A DNA stretch of 64,000 nucleotides from Ophelia neglecta (taxonomy: Eukaryota), in NCBI GenBank assembly GCA_965285935.1, contig OZ260662.1, forward strand, positions 17,918,001 to 17,982,000, given 5' to 3'. Shown one piece after another: positions 38,701-52,416 of the stretch (position 1 is its first letter; each line of letters begins with the position of its first letter). The translations under genes and the position numbers were made by a program. A model generated the notes under the pieces. The model was not told the DNA's origin, made no database searches, and saw only the letters and a program-made list of their open reading frames with translations.

Positions 38701-39918
38701 GTTACAGAAAAAGTACTTTCCACTGCAGTGTGTGGCATAGAAATTTCTCCCGAGGGAGCCATTGCATTAGCTGGTCCTTGAACAGACGAAGGAGACGGAT
38801 GTGTAGCCACCGAAGGCTGCACAGACGAGAGATATGGGTTTGCTGTCAACCGAGGCTGCAAAAACGGATGTGCAAGCGCCGAGGGCTGCCCAGGCGCAGG
38901 AGAAACAACAGGCGAGTTTCACTCAACTAAAGTTTAGAGGGGGTCAAAACCTGCAAGTCCACCTGGGCGAATTTATTCGACAAAGGCATAGAGTCGGTCG
39001 ATGTCAAGGAGACAGGGACTGATGTCACCGCTGGATATACAACGGTTGTCGTTGCAGGCTGCTGAGCAACTAATGATGTTGCCGAAGTAATCAACTTCAT
39101 AGAGGGAGATGTCACATAGGGCGAAGTAGAAAGAGCAGGGCTGTTACCGCGAGAGAGAGAGAGAGAGAGACAGGGATCTGCAAGGCGCCAGAAACATTCT
39201 CTGCTCCAGGTGTTGGCAGAGTGTCGGACATATAAGCTTCCCTTGAACCTAACGTTGGTTCGTGAACGACGGGCGCAATAGCTGATTCAGAAACCTCTGG
39301 CTGCTGCAAAAATCTAGTGAGTGCGAAATTATCATCTACCTCACCCGGCAAATCTGACTCAAAGTCATGTCCGTTCTCCTCCTTCTCTAGCTGGGACACA
39401 ACATCTAGTTGAGCTTGTGCAGTATTTAACAATCTTACGGCTTCCAGTTGTTCTAATGCCAACTTTTGTTTTTCAATAGTTAACCTTTGTTCTGACTCAG
39501 CCTGGAAATATTTCAACTTCGATTTGTAAGAAGCAGCTTCAAGTGCGGCTTCTATTTTAGCTGAAGCAAGTGAATGTACACTTTTACCACCACCCGAGGA
39601 CGAATGGGATTTGGCAGACTTCTTCTGAGAAGCTGATCCCTTTGTATGGCGAGGTGAATGTTTCCGAGAGATGGTGATGGGATGAGATGATGTTTTGGAT
39701 GGGGTTTTACTAGCGGGCCGGCTCCCAGGGAAATAGAGAATACCCTGGGTTAGAGCTGCTCTGACAACAGCCTCTGGGACGCCTTCAATGAGGGGTATAT
39801 CAGTATTATCTAAAGGACGGCCTAGAGAATCTCTGTACTCCATGAACCTTGTAGAACGTATTTCGCCAAACCCGTGAATCTCAAGGAGTTCTTCCTTGCT
39901 AATTTTATTTACATCCAT
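32730..39918 (-). pseudogene. BEL gag-pol, fragmented
   Basis: BEL gag block PPEPGIFVGNPLQYPAW (38.1-38.5 kb); Cys/His knuckles (37.6-37.8 kb); protease YALLDSQSDST (~37.38 kb); RT DIEKMFYQ, HLFGARSSP, FYVDDGL (35.7-36.7 kb); RNase H ELHHFSDAS / TIPRLEL / FWTDS / NPADEASRG; integrase GVDYFGP, RSDQGTNF, HFGGVWERQIR. Confidence 0.93.
34787..35560 (-). mobile_element. 5'-truncated RNase H-bearing (I-group-like) LINE nested in the BEL RNase H
   Basis: GNETADKYAK (end of RNase H), RLRIGHSHYTH, CEGC..HILLEC finger; 3' UTR with (AAATCC)n tail; 7-bp TSD AGTCGGA at 34780-34786 and 35561-35567. Removing the insert restores BEL YLRL-VGPDSRVHCTLFMGKAR. Confidence 0.9.
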
Positions 39919-40928
39919 AATTATGTAGATGAAACTATGTGGGTTAGACAATGAAGAGATGACAAGACATAGTTTAATCGCCACATGTAGTTGTGAAACT
40001 AGCACTTACATGTAGGACAAACGATGCCATGAATAGTAATGAGCAAACAGTGATACAATCATAGCCTGTCACGAACAAAACTCGAGCCATTCCCACGGAG
40101 TACAGCAATTTGGTGCAGCCAACGTCTAAGACTGACTTACCTTTCGGATTATATGTGAGAAAATGTACGTAAAATTCGAAGTGACATGTGAAGACATGCG
40201 AACAATTACCTACACGCATTCCATAGACATGCAATTACAATAAAGTACAATCAATTCAGTCAATATCTATAGTATCAAGGTGTGTAGGCATTCAGTAATA
40301 TTCAATTCAGAAATCACAATTCATTGGTCACCTGATAAAATTGCAATAAATGTTCAATAATCCAATTTCAATGTTCAACAAATAATAACTCTCACTATAT
40401 TACAAATTCTTCAATAATTATGGCAGGCAATGATGTTTTCAAGATGGCGGATAACCCGGAGATATGGCGCTACACAAGTGTCACATCGGCAGACCACAGA
40501 ATGGTAACATTGGAACCAAGTACCCAATACTGTTAAGAATAAATGACAAGTCATTACCACAACATGTGTAGGCTTGTCGAAGTGAATGGCTTGGACGGTG
40601 TTCAAATATTCAATCTCGGAGTTCCATCAAAGTTCTATCTTGTTTAGGTCGTGACCTGACGAACAACCGGACGATTCTGGATGGGCGATATTCCCGAACG
40701 TTGAAGGAAGGGTGCCAGGATTTAGCACGTTTGTGTTGAAGGTTCACATGAGCAGGAGAAAGTGTCCGAATACGTTGACACAGAGTCCGAATACGTTGGC
40801 ACAGAGAAGGCTAACTGGCCACTGCAGACTGCATACATGGTTGGCTGCCCACGGTCTATGGTGTTGGGCATTACCAGAGTTAGGCATAGGGAAAGCCAAA
40901 CCAATGGATCCGAGACGTAGAGTTTTAC

Positions 40929-41290
40929 TATAGCTGCGCCGAGCTTACAGAAGACGCATGAACAGGCGTGAGGTTTTAACAGGAGTTTTATTGGTGTTCC
41001 GTAGCTCCGTAAAACTGAAAGAATACATAGAATTTACACGTCTGTCACATATTAACATAGATTAACATAGGACACAAATAACGAGTACAAATGAACAATA
41101 AGAACAGTTACCTCTTTGGCCTGTGGACTGGTCAGCGCAGCCATCCGCATGCCACGGTGACGGAGTGAGACTGCGAAAAATGGCAGATGTGACCACGTGA
41201 CCTGTGACTGGCGGAAACGGCCACCACACTCACCAGCTGGCATAAGTGTGGCACCTTATACAAACTAGCGGCGATATTACCGCAGTTACA
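40929..41290 (-). repeat. 5' LTR of the BEL element
   Basis: Minus strand TGTAACTGCG..CGCAGCTATA; contains a TCAGT initiator-like motif (41018-41014) and AATAAA (40992-40987). Confidence 0.95.
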
Positions 41291-42169
41291 TAAAGTGTTA
41301 TATGATCATATATTTCCGCAAGCAAAAGAGGTCCACAACTATGCCATTGAATTAATCGCAAATTTATTGTAGCTAGTTCTTTGCTAACAGAATCAATGAA
41401 TATGACACCGCTTATACGTTTTTAGTACAATGTACGTGTGCTCTCATTTGCTCTCCAAAGTTCCAGATGCATAGAAAAAGCCTCTGGGGATATCGTGTTC
41501 TCCACTCTGCTATCTCGCTACTCAGAGCTTATTCGTTTTAATTAGCTTTGTAAGGCAAACCCTGAGGCAAAACGAAATGCTGATTACGTCCTTTGGTAGT
41601 GTTTTCCCTTCCAGCCGGAAATTGATTAAGTGTTCCGCAAATTTCACATTGCCCGATAGAACTTCAGGTGCAGCAAAAGCCTCATGTGAGCGAGTTCATG
41701 ATTATGATATATTTCAGACATGTGTGGAGGAGTCTTCTGATTAAATGTCCCCACAGGTTAAATATTCCTAAGGAAAATAAACAGGATGGGAATGGTCGAA
41801 AATGTTGAAAATGATAGGCAAATCGATGGAAGGGACCAGCATTTTTTGGGTTATAAGGGGTTCAACTACTTTTCACCATACTTCTAAGGGGGGGGGGGCA
41901 TTAAGCTTAATGTTGTTTCCCTGAGAAAAAAATCTCCGCTTACTATCCCAATTATTAAACAGTTTGTGCCATTACTTCTCATTCATTTACTTTATGCCTA
42001 AATTCCAGGAATCTTGGGGGGGGGGGGGTTAATTGGTCGGAAGGAGAGGGAAGGTTCTAGCCCCTTTATGCTATTTTCATCAAACGTGGAAATTTCTTAC
42101 TAGTCAATCTATATGTGTAATCCCTGACAAGGCCTTGTGGAATGTCTGTGTCTTCTGCCGTCTACATCG

Positions 42170-45100
42170 AATTTAATTCACATTACTCAAGCAATAAATA
42201 CCATTTCGTCTACTACTGATGCCGCGAGATTTACGGCCAGTTGTCAAGTAATCCCTCCTCTATTTCTCTTAAACAGTCAGACGCGGGTATCGATTTCACC
42301 AGCGCCTGTGCTACAAGGATTAGCCTCAGGGGATAATGTCTGTACAAGGGACACAATAGGATCTGTAAAATAGAAAAGAACAATCGCTACAATGAGATTT
42401 CAAACACGAGGGCGTTGGTTTGGCAGACCTTTATGACGAATAATAAAATTTGCTTTGGTTTTTTTCTAGTATTAAGTTATTGAAAATAATAATACAACGT
42501 AAGGGGCAGCTACGATTAACCTTCAAGACGTGGGTGTTTTATTTCGAACCGAAGCGTATAGTTCAATTTTTGTGAATAACAAACTGTAGCAGGTAGGCAT
42601 TGTTGACAAAAAATGATCGGAATAGCTGGGTGTGACGTTTAATTTCCGATTAGCTTCAATGGAAACAATAGGTACAGACGTTAATAACCAACAAGACGAA
42701 AAAAAACTTAGTCGGTTACCTTGTATGGACACATGCGAGACAGTTTGCGCATATCCATTGCATAATCACTTAAGAATCATTATTTTCAAGGTTCTTTAAT
42801 TTGAATCACATAAATGTCAGTACATTAATTAATGTTAAAGGGACAGTGACACCAATAACACAGGTTATCCTAAGCCACATCTCGTCTTTGTCTTGCGTTG
42901 ACAACCGACTCTTTTAAATGGGGATCCAATGCGTCACAATACGCTGTTACCCTACTTGGCCTACTTACCACTGACCATCATCTTCAGGTCGAAATTTTCA
43001 AAAGCCACGCCTGTTTTCAGTTACTTTTTCTGTATTACCTATATTAACAAAGGAGGGTGGGGTCACGGGATCCGACGGGGTCCGACGGGGTCGGATGCAC
43101 TTGGAAATCAACACTGCACGAATTTATAGTACGAAACAATTACAGCATATAAACACAAAATAATGAACAAGCTAGAAATTTAATTCATTTTCAAACATAA
43201 ACTGACATTCATATTATCAATTATTTGCATAACGGTAGAGACCCTTGGGGCATTTCTTACTTTTGTATATTAAGCGTTTAATATGTCATCACGTCCATGA
43301 TTAGGTGTTTTTGAAATGACATAATTTACTTAAATGCTAATACTGCTGTACTAAATTATGAGTTGCCTGTATAACGGCGGAACCTAAGACAGTCGTCAAG
43401 TCTTAATACAGAATACTTAGTGAGAAATATATTTTTGCAGTTTAAAATATATTTCCATATACGCCTGTCTACATCGTAATCCATCCCACGTCAGATTACT
43501 TTTACAACCTGGTTTAGAACTTGTCAATACCACTATCTTTTCTTAAGTTATGTAACAGCAGATAGCATTACTAAAGCTTGCACTATACACATGTGCTTTG
43601 TAATACAGGTTATTTAACACGATACACTTTTGGCGGGTCGCACCATGATTATTGTATTCTGTCTCCACCTCCTTTTAATGTCCCTAACAACCGGATATTT
43701 CTGACTGCCACATTCTTTAGTGTTAGTCTGTATGTGTTAAAGTCCAAGGCACAAATGAAAAAAAATATATAAATGATTGCTACGAAGCAGAATGAGCTAC
43801 CTACTTGTGGCGCTCTAGGTGCTTCCGAGGGAGTGAAATATTCCGGTCTTATACAACCTTGATTACAATGGCGTCTAAGTACTTAATAATAGCGGCCACA
43901 TTCCGAACCGCGGGTGTGGTTTCGTCATTATCAAAGATGGAGGTCAACTTTGCAGACGTAATGGTGCCGTTGTCTTCAGACTCGCTAGGTGGCAGCATAG
44001 GCTGGATTTGTTCAGTGGATACGTAAGCACGTGTGCTGATATACTTTGTACTTTCGCCATTTGACGTTGATCGGGATTCAACGAGGTATGTCTGTGGCGA
44101 TGAGGAGGATTTAATGTGCTTTTCTAGCATTGTCTGTCGATGTCTTCTGTGCACTATACAAGCGCTGTCCGTGCTCAGGCGACTGTGGGACCCTAGGGTA
44201 TTGTCTGATGGTCCGAAGCTCAAACTGGTAGCTGCCTGTTTCGCCCTGGAGACTCCTGTAGCTGACGCAATGCTTTGAGCTTCGACTAGGAAACTGGCAG
44301 ACGTTGAGGCATGTGCCTTCCAAGTAGTATGTTTAATTTGCCCTTAGATATACCTATTTTAGTCCGGACAGTTGTGGTTCCAGGTTCTGTCTGCAGAGTG
44401 GTTTGGGTTTGGTTTTACGAATGAGTAGTGGTTATGCCCGATGAGACTGGCTGGGTCGGGCATTACAAACGAATAACGATGTAACCAACTATTATAAAAC
44501 TTCCTTGTTTGGGTATTCGTATTTAGAAGTGAAGGACGGCTTATCTTGTGACGGCATGGGAACATACAGGAACGGGAACGTTAAACTAAACATATTATAA
44601 ACCCTTTTTTTTACCAATCCATCGTGGGTTATAATTACAAAAATCTAAATGGTTTCATAGCTAAATGTGGAATTATTAATGCTGTTAACAATATTTGAGT
44701 GGCATTCTAAACAGGCATCCAGTTCTCAACTAACTAATAATGATATACGTTTAATAGTTTCATAACAGTTTCACTTAATTTGTACGTAATGTGATCAACA
44801 TAGAGGTGTTGCTCAAAAATTGGTCTTCAATGTTGAATTTCTTTTGATGGTTAGAACAGAATGTAAACCATACACAAACCAACGCAAAATCTGACTGACA
44901 TTTTAAGTGACTTATAACGACAGTTATTTGAAGCCTGTGAAATATAAAGCAGCCAACGAATATTCTCTCTTTTATGGTACAAAAATACATGCAAAAAATA
45001 AATCCACAGACTATTGAATTCTGGCAATAAATCGCTTAAATTTGGGAAAAGTCAATTTAGTACAAAATCAGTGAGTAAGTACACTGGGGCGGCTGTTAGC

Positions 45101-45650
45101 AGCATGAAAAGTAGTTCGACGACACGTCATATGAATTCTTCATTTTTAAGTAGGTCTTCATATATCATTACCAACGAAAATACTTTACATCTTAAGTACA
45201 CAGGGAACCTATTTTGTAAAAGATAAAACAGATATATATGATAGTTGGCTTTAGATGTGAAATTCGAAGAATAAAATAATCAATTTCTATTAGTCATTTG
45301 TGGATAAATTGGAACGAATGAAAAAATATTGGAAAAACAGCTCAACTAAAACATTCTCATTGAGCGATTAAACCGATGAAAATAATAATAATGATTGTCA
45401 TTAGTCTCCTATTTCAATAACATGTATTGTCACTACAAGCCTCCATTTGTCTAGATTTGAATTAGATTACACACGGTTAACCAAGATTGCCTAGCTCATC
45501 ATATTTGACCTAATATTTCGACATTAATTTTCGTTGCTTGGAGAGAACAGAGAAACTGATTTCCAATGGAGGAAGGCCCGGGTAGGAAAATCACATACAT
45601 GAAGATAAAATTCTTTTTCTTATTTACAGCAAATGATTGACATTCATTTT
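42170..45650 (-). pseudogene. Possible highly degraded nAChR-like pseudogene
   Basis: Weak remnants in the expected order: KKKNFIFMYVIFLPG (M1-like, ~45.6 kb); LLTAAPVYLL..LFPNLSDLLP (M2/linker-like, ~45.05 kb); Ser/Thr-rich loop plus AVRNVAAIIKYL (43.85-44.2 kb); T*QLAVNLAASVVDEMVFIA*VM (M4-like, ~42.2 kb, behind a good acceptor at 42363). Confidence 0.3.
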
Positions 45651-48600
45651 CGAATAACTGTGATAAGAAAAAAGGGCCGTAGACATCAATTAGAAACTCC
45701 AATGTTGACTTTCATGGTGGACAAAGTCCTATTCGTACAGTTAAAGCAATTGCTCAGCTAGTATAACGGTGGGCTGTTAGCATTTTTATTATATTGACAT
45801 TCAAGTCCTAATCTAAGCAGTTATCACATGAGCATTCGAGGAGAAAAATCTCATGAAAAATAAAAGATTCGTATTACTAATTGATGATTAATGTAATGAA
45901 TAAGCTTATAAAAAACTTCATGCATACCAAAGATATGAGCCGGTTACGTCATTAAGGCAAGAAATAATCCACTCAGTGCTATTTTCAGCGTCTTAGATGA
46001 TAATTTCAGCAATGAATTCGATATAATTATATAAAGATAGACTAGACTGGTTAATTACCCTGTCATGCAAATATTGTCACTATTCAGCTCCCAACTCTGA
46101 GCATCCAGCCGCTTTTATTGAAATATAATCAAGCTGCCAAGCCTTGGCGGAACAAGGACGAGGAGCTGGAGGATTTGCCCTTCAACTTATATTTCAAAGG
46201 TCAAACGCGGATAGTGTCTCGAGTGGGTGGGATTGACATCCCCTCCACAAGTCCCAAGCCCAACCCCCCCCCCCCCCTCCCCTCCCTCGTGAGGGTGCTC
46301 CTATTGCACACGGTCTAATTGCCCTGTTCTTCGCAAAATGTAGATCCGACAAAACCATTAACATGTGAAAGCAAAATCGTTGAGCGGTACGGAATGTCAA
46401 CTCCTATACTGAGATAATATGTATATATTGTGTATTAGTCGCTGAACACCGAATCAATTTCTCTTTACTCTAAATATTATCGTGTTAATTATAAGTTAAA
46501 AGTCGTAGTCACCTTTTTTGACTAGGCGTTAGGTTTCGAACTGTCTGCATTTGATTATTGGCACCTTTTAGGAACAAAATATTATTATTTATTCTAGACT
46601 TGCTGACATTTAGGCCTGTGTCCATTATAGCCCTACTTGAATGTTCCTATGGATATTAATCCGACTTGATATTCCGGTCCCTGCCTCCTAGACGGATCAA
46701 ATGGTGCGTCCTCGGAGAACCTCCTGATATTCACACCTTGTTCCATCAAGCGACGTTTGAAATTAGAAATAAAGTATCTTCCCAGGTTTTTTTAATGAGC
46801 AAGCCCTCTCGGGGGATGGGGGGTGGTAGTATACAAAGGCGACCCAATAAAGACCCAATACCCGCGCCCCAGTGAGTCCTCCAGCCGCCCTCCAAAACCG
46901 GCAAAAAGCTGTGTCAGTTACAAACATCCGCCTTTCAGAAAAGTGGGCACAGTAAACTAATGCTTAATTAACTCAGCACTAGGTGTGTACTTGATGTCCA
47001 GCGAATGGCCAAGGGCAAGGGGGACGCTGCTGAGTGGGCTGAACGTTTGGAAAAAAATCATATCGGAATTGAACACAATTTTTAAGCAACATATTAATCT
47101 TATTTTTTGTTCGAAAATGAGGCGCTCATTTTTTGACTCCTTGGTTTACGAACCCGTCCATATGCAGCATTTTGGCCCGATAAAAAGATAAATCAGTGTT
47201 TTTCTATTTTATATTATTTTCGCAGCCGGCACTAACTGTTGTTCTGTCTACAATTTTCCGGGGTCACACAATAGTCCAGTCCCTCCGAGGTTTTGAGTTG
47301 TAATTCATTGCCGTTAACATGTTTGTAACGTCAAATCTCATTGGCTTTTGGCAAACACGTTAGGGAAATAGGCCTAGCATGTATCTTTTGAACACACCCT
47401 GTCCTGGGGTAAATGACCTGACGATTAAGTTTAGTACTGAGAGGCATATAAACATGGCTCCTGGTCGATCCGGGGCAAGTTCCCTGAAATCCTGATTGGC
47501 GGATGTGGATAAACAAAGACACTGCCATAATGACTCCATTTCTACTTATTCCTTATAGGAACATCTGTGATAGTATCCCAAGCCTCGCTAATGAAACTTT
47601 TTTAATTTGTTTGCGATCTTGTGAATTAATTTGAATGCTGATAATTTACTAGGGTTATAAGCTGAACATTTTTTGGTGAAATAATTTTCAGTACGTTTTA
47701 TTATTCACCCGGCCGATCCTATAGGTATTGACCATATTTTTTTTATTCATACCACCCGACCGAACCATATAGGCCTATTTGGGTTTGAACATTACAGTAC
47801 ACTAAGGAATACTAGAATTGCCGCCTTTAATTAATATAATTTTTTCGAAGGGCGATGGTGGTATTAAATGGATCAACTCACCTTTCCCGGCGTCTATAAA
47901 ATGGCTTTTGATTAAAAGCGGAGGCGCGGAGCCTTACGGAGGTGAATCCAGAAATTAGAACAGAGCACTAGACCTATCAAACCTGTCCCTAACCCTTCCC
48001 CTTCCCCTAAAATTAACCCTCCGTCCTAACCCTTTCCTTGCTGACGATTATTTGCTTCATGCCACTCAGAAAAACTCATGACCTCCGCCTCCGCATAGCC
48101 TCCGCACCTCCACGTTTAATCAATTGCCCACTAAATGCGGCCAGCTTTCTACTTTTTGTTTCCTGTATTCAGTACATTTGTCTGTTGGTTTATCTTGCCT
48201 TGAGGAAGGACGTTTGTATACAAGCATACTTATCAACACACTAACGCAGTCACTTTTGTACCTGTTTATTATCAACAAACAGTTATATCGCCGCCCGGGT
48301 TTAAGGACACCGTAAACACGTATGCCTTTCTTAAGTTTGTAATAATTAGTTCCTTCTTTGTTAGCGACAGCATTTACAATTTGCATTGATAACGTCCAAC
48401 AGAGTATTAATTAATTTCTGGACAAGGACGCACACTTATACAAGAGATATATATGCTCTCAGACGTTCACGTGATCTATGAATTATGATATATACAAAAC
48501 TATGAAATTAAGCAAGAGATTAATAACGACCAAATAAAACATCCAAGTACCTGCTTTTAAGCCTAAACTAAATGTTATGGTTTGGAAATTCAACAATGTG

Positions 48601-51600
48601 TAAGTTGGCAAATAATGAGAAAGCTTTAACAGTGACATGCGGATTCCACATGAGAATATCTAGGTAAAATGGTGGATATAACTTGCCGGCACCAACAACA
48701 GATTGTGTCACGCATGCGTAGTAAGAAAAAATAGCTCTTGCATACCCCCTATAGGGGGAACACAATGCACATTTTGTTTGTTTATAAATAGGCCTATCAT
48801 TTATTTCCATTGAACAGTCCTTGGCTATCTTAACCCCTCTGTAACACAGGGTGACTGAAATGCAAGTCCCTCGAGCACAAATTGACATATTCAGTCACTA
48901 TTTACATTTTTTAATCGTAAACAATTTGGTATGATTGTGCTACTGGGTTTACCTCCATAACAGTCCGGGAGCTGCACCATGGCTTTTACGAGTAGTAAAC
49001 CGACACAAGTAGTAACGTCATGAGAATGTCATAGTCTAAAACAAAATAAAGTAGTATTTCAAGTGGAAAGGATTAATATGTACATATAGGTAGATATGCA
49101 GGTCACACACAGCCCTATTAGACAGTAGTTGATAATGAAAACACCAAAACTTACAATACACTCAAACCTCGGCAGGACCTTTATTCTAATCTAATTTCTT
49201 GTGAAAACAAAGTCTGCAGAAACTATCCGTCATTTTTCATGGAACGACTACATTAATAAAATGCTATTAACAAACAACAAACATAATATTTTCCATATAG
49301 CACTACCATCACAGTCGGGTTGTTCAGGAAAATAGATGAAATAAAGACCGTTGATTATATTATCGGCATATTATGGAATTTACTTTTCCGTTATATTCGT
49401 AGGCAGTGATTTGTTTGTTTTACTCGTTGAAATGTTTTTCCCGATATATTTTTTGACACCCAAATTCATGTGTTTGAAATTGGTGGTATATAGCTCCAAC
49501 CGCGGCACACTCATTGCTTTCTTGGCTTACTATAATAATCCGGCGATCACTTTATCTAACCCCCCCCCCCCCCACGTCCATTTCATATCCGCACAGATAG
49601 GCATATATACCCGATCCCACGCTGCCACCACCACTCCTGGGACATGCTGGGGATATAAGGGATGTCCAGGGCAATTCTGAAGAAGGGCCAACATGAGTTT
49701 ATACTAAAAATGGTCGTTTATTAGCACGCACAAAGATTGAAGGTCATGATAAAATTTCAGAAAAAAATATGTATGTGGTTAAGAATAAAGCTTGTTTGAA
49801 GAACAAAGATTTTCGAAAGTAATCTTCTACCCTCCCCCCCCCCCCCTCCCCTCCCGTCCCCAATCCCCATCCCTCCCTCATTCATTTAATGCATGTGTCG
49901 TACCTTCATTTTAAAAAATCCGGTAGAGGTCGCAGCAGGGCCGCGGGAAAATAATGTTTGTGCCGTGACTAGAATAGCCCGTGAGGCTAATTATTGCATT
50001 CTCTATGTTTCCAACTACTCGAGTTTGTATCTACATTAAATAAAACCATACCCTAGACACGTTGAAGGTCCTGCAAAGTATACAATATTTTCCACAATTT
50101 TCTTACAAATTGTACACTGTTGATTATAGGCACAGACGAGTACACCCATCTTATAAACATCAATTTCAATATACTACATAAAAAATGACATAAAACCCAT
50201 TGATCAGTTACTACTTACAAACGCTAATTGCCTAACGCATTCAGATAGTAAAGCGAACATGATATACCACAGGTGTTGCTTTAGTAGTAAGACAAATAGT
50301 TATGACTGGTCATTACGCATCGGTCGTAAGAGGGCGCACTTGCGATTTGAATTTCCGTTGTATTTTTTTCAACGCGGCTTTAATATCAAGCCAATGCAAG
50401 GGCAATTGAATGAGTTGTATGGCTATCTAGAATTTGTTCTTGTACATAAGTAATATCGTGTAACTTGTATTTTGGGGGTGACCCCCCCCCCCCCTCCCTG
50501 AATTAAACCCAACCTCTCAAACCCTCCCGCTTATCACGGAAACTGAGTTCTTCCGTAAAAGTCAGCGACAGGTTATACTTTATATGCAGTATTTACATTA
50601 ATTTACAGCTAGGCATGTCTCTGTACAAAGTGTGTTTGGGTCCTGCTGAATTCTTTGCTGGTGGATCAAGAGGGTACAAGGAGGCAGATCACTTATGTCC
50701 GGAAGTCTGTCATAGTCTCTCGAGGGGGTGGCAGTAGTGCCCCTTCCAATCAGGGAAGGGCAACCACCCTACTCCCCCAAAAATATCCCGTGTCGATAGC
50801 ATAGTATCACTAGTGACTGTTTTAGGAAATGTCGGGATTAGATTAGCCTATTATAACCGATCGATAAGCTAAGACCCGCATAAATCACTGTTTCTTGACC
50901 CTATCCATTTACCATTACTAAGTTTAGATAAAAAATACCCATTATAAACCAAATCCGGCTGCCAGAAACCCCGCTTGGCACGTCAGGACCCATTTGAGAT
51001 TTTAATCCTGGTTTAAATCCCGGAACAAGTTAGGACCGCTTCCGAAAACCAGGCCAGGGCGATAATCATTAGCAGGTATCATACTGGGACTCCTACCTGA
51101 ATATGTGTAACCTGTCCTGCGATTTAAATTTGGCACTAAGTGTGACCCCCCCCCCCCCCCCCACTGTCACTAGCCATCCACAAGTTCTATAAGTAAATAA
51201 AAAGAAACACCATAAGACAGCAACACTGAAAAAATATATACCGACTACCCACAACACTTCCGTTTTATAATACGTATTGTCCTGCGGGCCATAGAAAGGT
51301 GCACATCCGTGGCGTACATCGTGTCCTCTTGTACGCTTGTGATACGTGGTTCATTGATGTCTAGGGTAAGTTGTACGCGCCGTCTGGTGCGAGCGATATA
51401 ACGTTTGAAGGGTGGAAAAATAGTCAAGTAGTGTTGTTTCGCTGAAGCGCCTCTCATATTCCCGAACACTCGATGAAAAGAAGTATAGTGGAAAACAGGT
51501 CGTTTTCTGCTTGCAGCACTGGAATTAAAAGTAGCGACGGCAGCTCTATATACTCCAAGTAGTAGTGTGGCACATATGGCATAGTACTTCAGCGAAGCTT

Positions 51601-51832
51601 AGAGTAATTTGTATCCGGCAGGTGGCGGTGTTAAGAAAGGTAATCCAATCAACGTGAACTGTATTCCGAACGCAATATTTACTGTCATTAATATATTACA
51701 GTAAAGCATATTATAGTAAGAGCATTTTGTTCCACCTATCGGCGCCACAGGTTGACCGCCCGGGAGATGGCGACCACTGGCGACAGTATCAACCTGTGAC
51801 ACTCTCCGAAGAACTAGTTTAACTACGAAGCG

Positions 51833-52416
51833 CTAGTAGTCGTATATTTCTTGTTCTAGCCCAGTGTATTTAGGGTAGAGTAGTATAAATATGGACGAGG
51901 CTGTCATCATCCAGAAAAGAACCCAGAAGAAAAGCCGGTCGAGCACGTGTGCCATTTCGTGCCATTCCTTACTATAGTCCGCTAGCTCCTCGCTCCCTGA
52001 CAGACTGGTGGGTCTCTCTGGGACCTGGTGGAGTCTCACCCGGGGAGTAAGGTCCCCTCGCCGGGGAGACAGTGGCGACCCAGGCATTGTTCTCGGCCCG
52101 TTGATATGAACGCCGCTCGACATCTTTGAATTTGTGGAGTTGGCGACTGTGAGCGATAATAACTCCATTTCATCAATCATGTCATTGCCGTCGTGAACGC
52201 CTTTCAGTTTTTTGTGCTTTACACTTTTTGCGTACACTTTCTCCGAGCTTCTCAGGCTAGTTTTTATACACAGAATTCGGGCCATATAAGCCAGTATAAT
52301 TTTTTTCATATACATGGGAGGGGCTTCCCTGGCACCCCGATGGTGAACATTCAACACCAATACCGTCATACATATAGATATTGTTCCTAGGGTCATTGTT
52401 GCAGTCAAATAGATCA
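51833..52416 (-). CDS. Last exon (M3, cytoplasmic loop, M4) of a nicotinic acetylcholine receptor subunit; upstream exons not found in the window
   Basis: Acceptor TTTTTTATTTCAG at 52417; IYLTATMTLGTISICMTVLVLNVHHRG (M3), PPMYMKKIIL, EWHEMAHVLDRLFFWVLF (M4). Confidence 0.93.

Larger units (their letters stand above)
32190..41290 (-). mobile_element. BEL/Pao LTR retrotransposon, full length, frameshifted
   Basis: Two 362-bp LTRs; 5-bp TSD TAAAG (32185-32189 and 41291-41295); polypurine tract next to the 3' LTR (plus strand TACCTCCCTTTGC, 32552-32564); gag-protease-RT-RNase H-integrase order. Confidence 0.95.

Noticed and set aside
46640-46790. VNIRRFSEDAPFD on the minus strand as a Cys-loop remnant
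   Set aside because: No flanking cysteines and the wrong spacing; probably chance.
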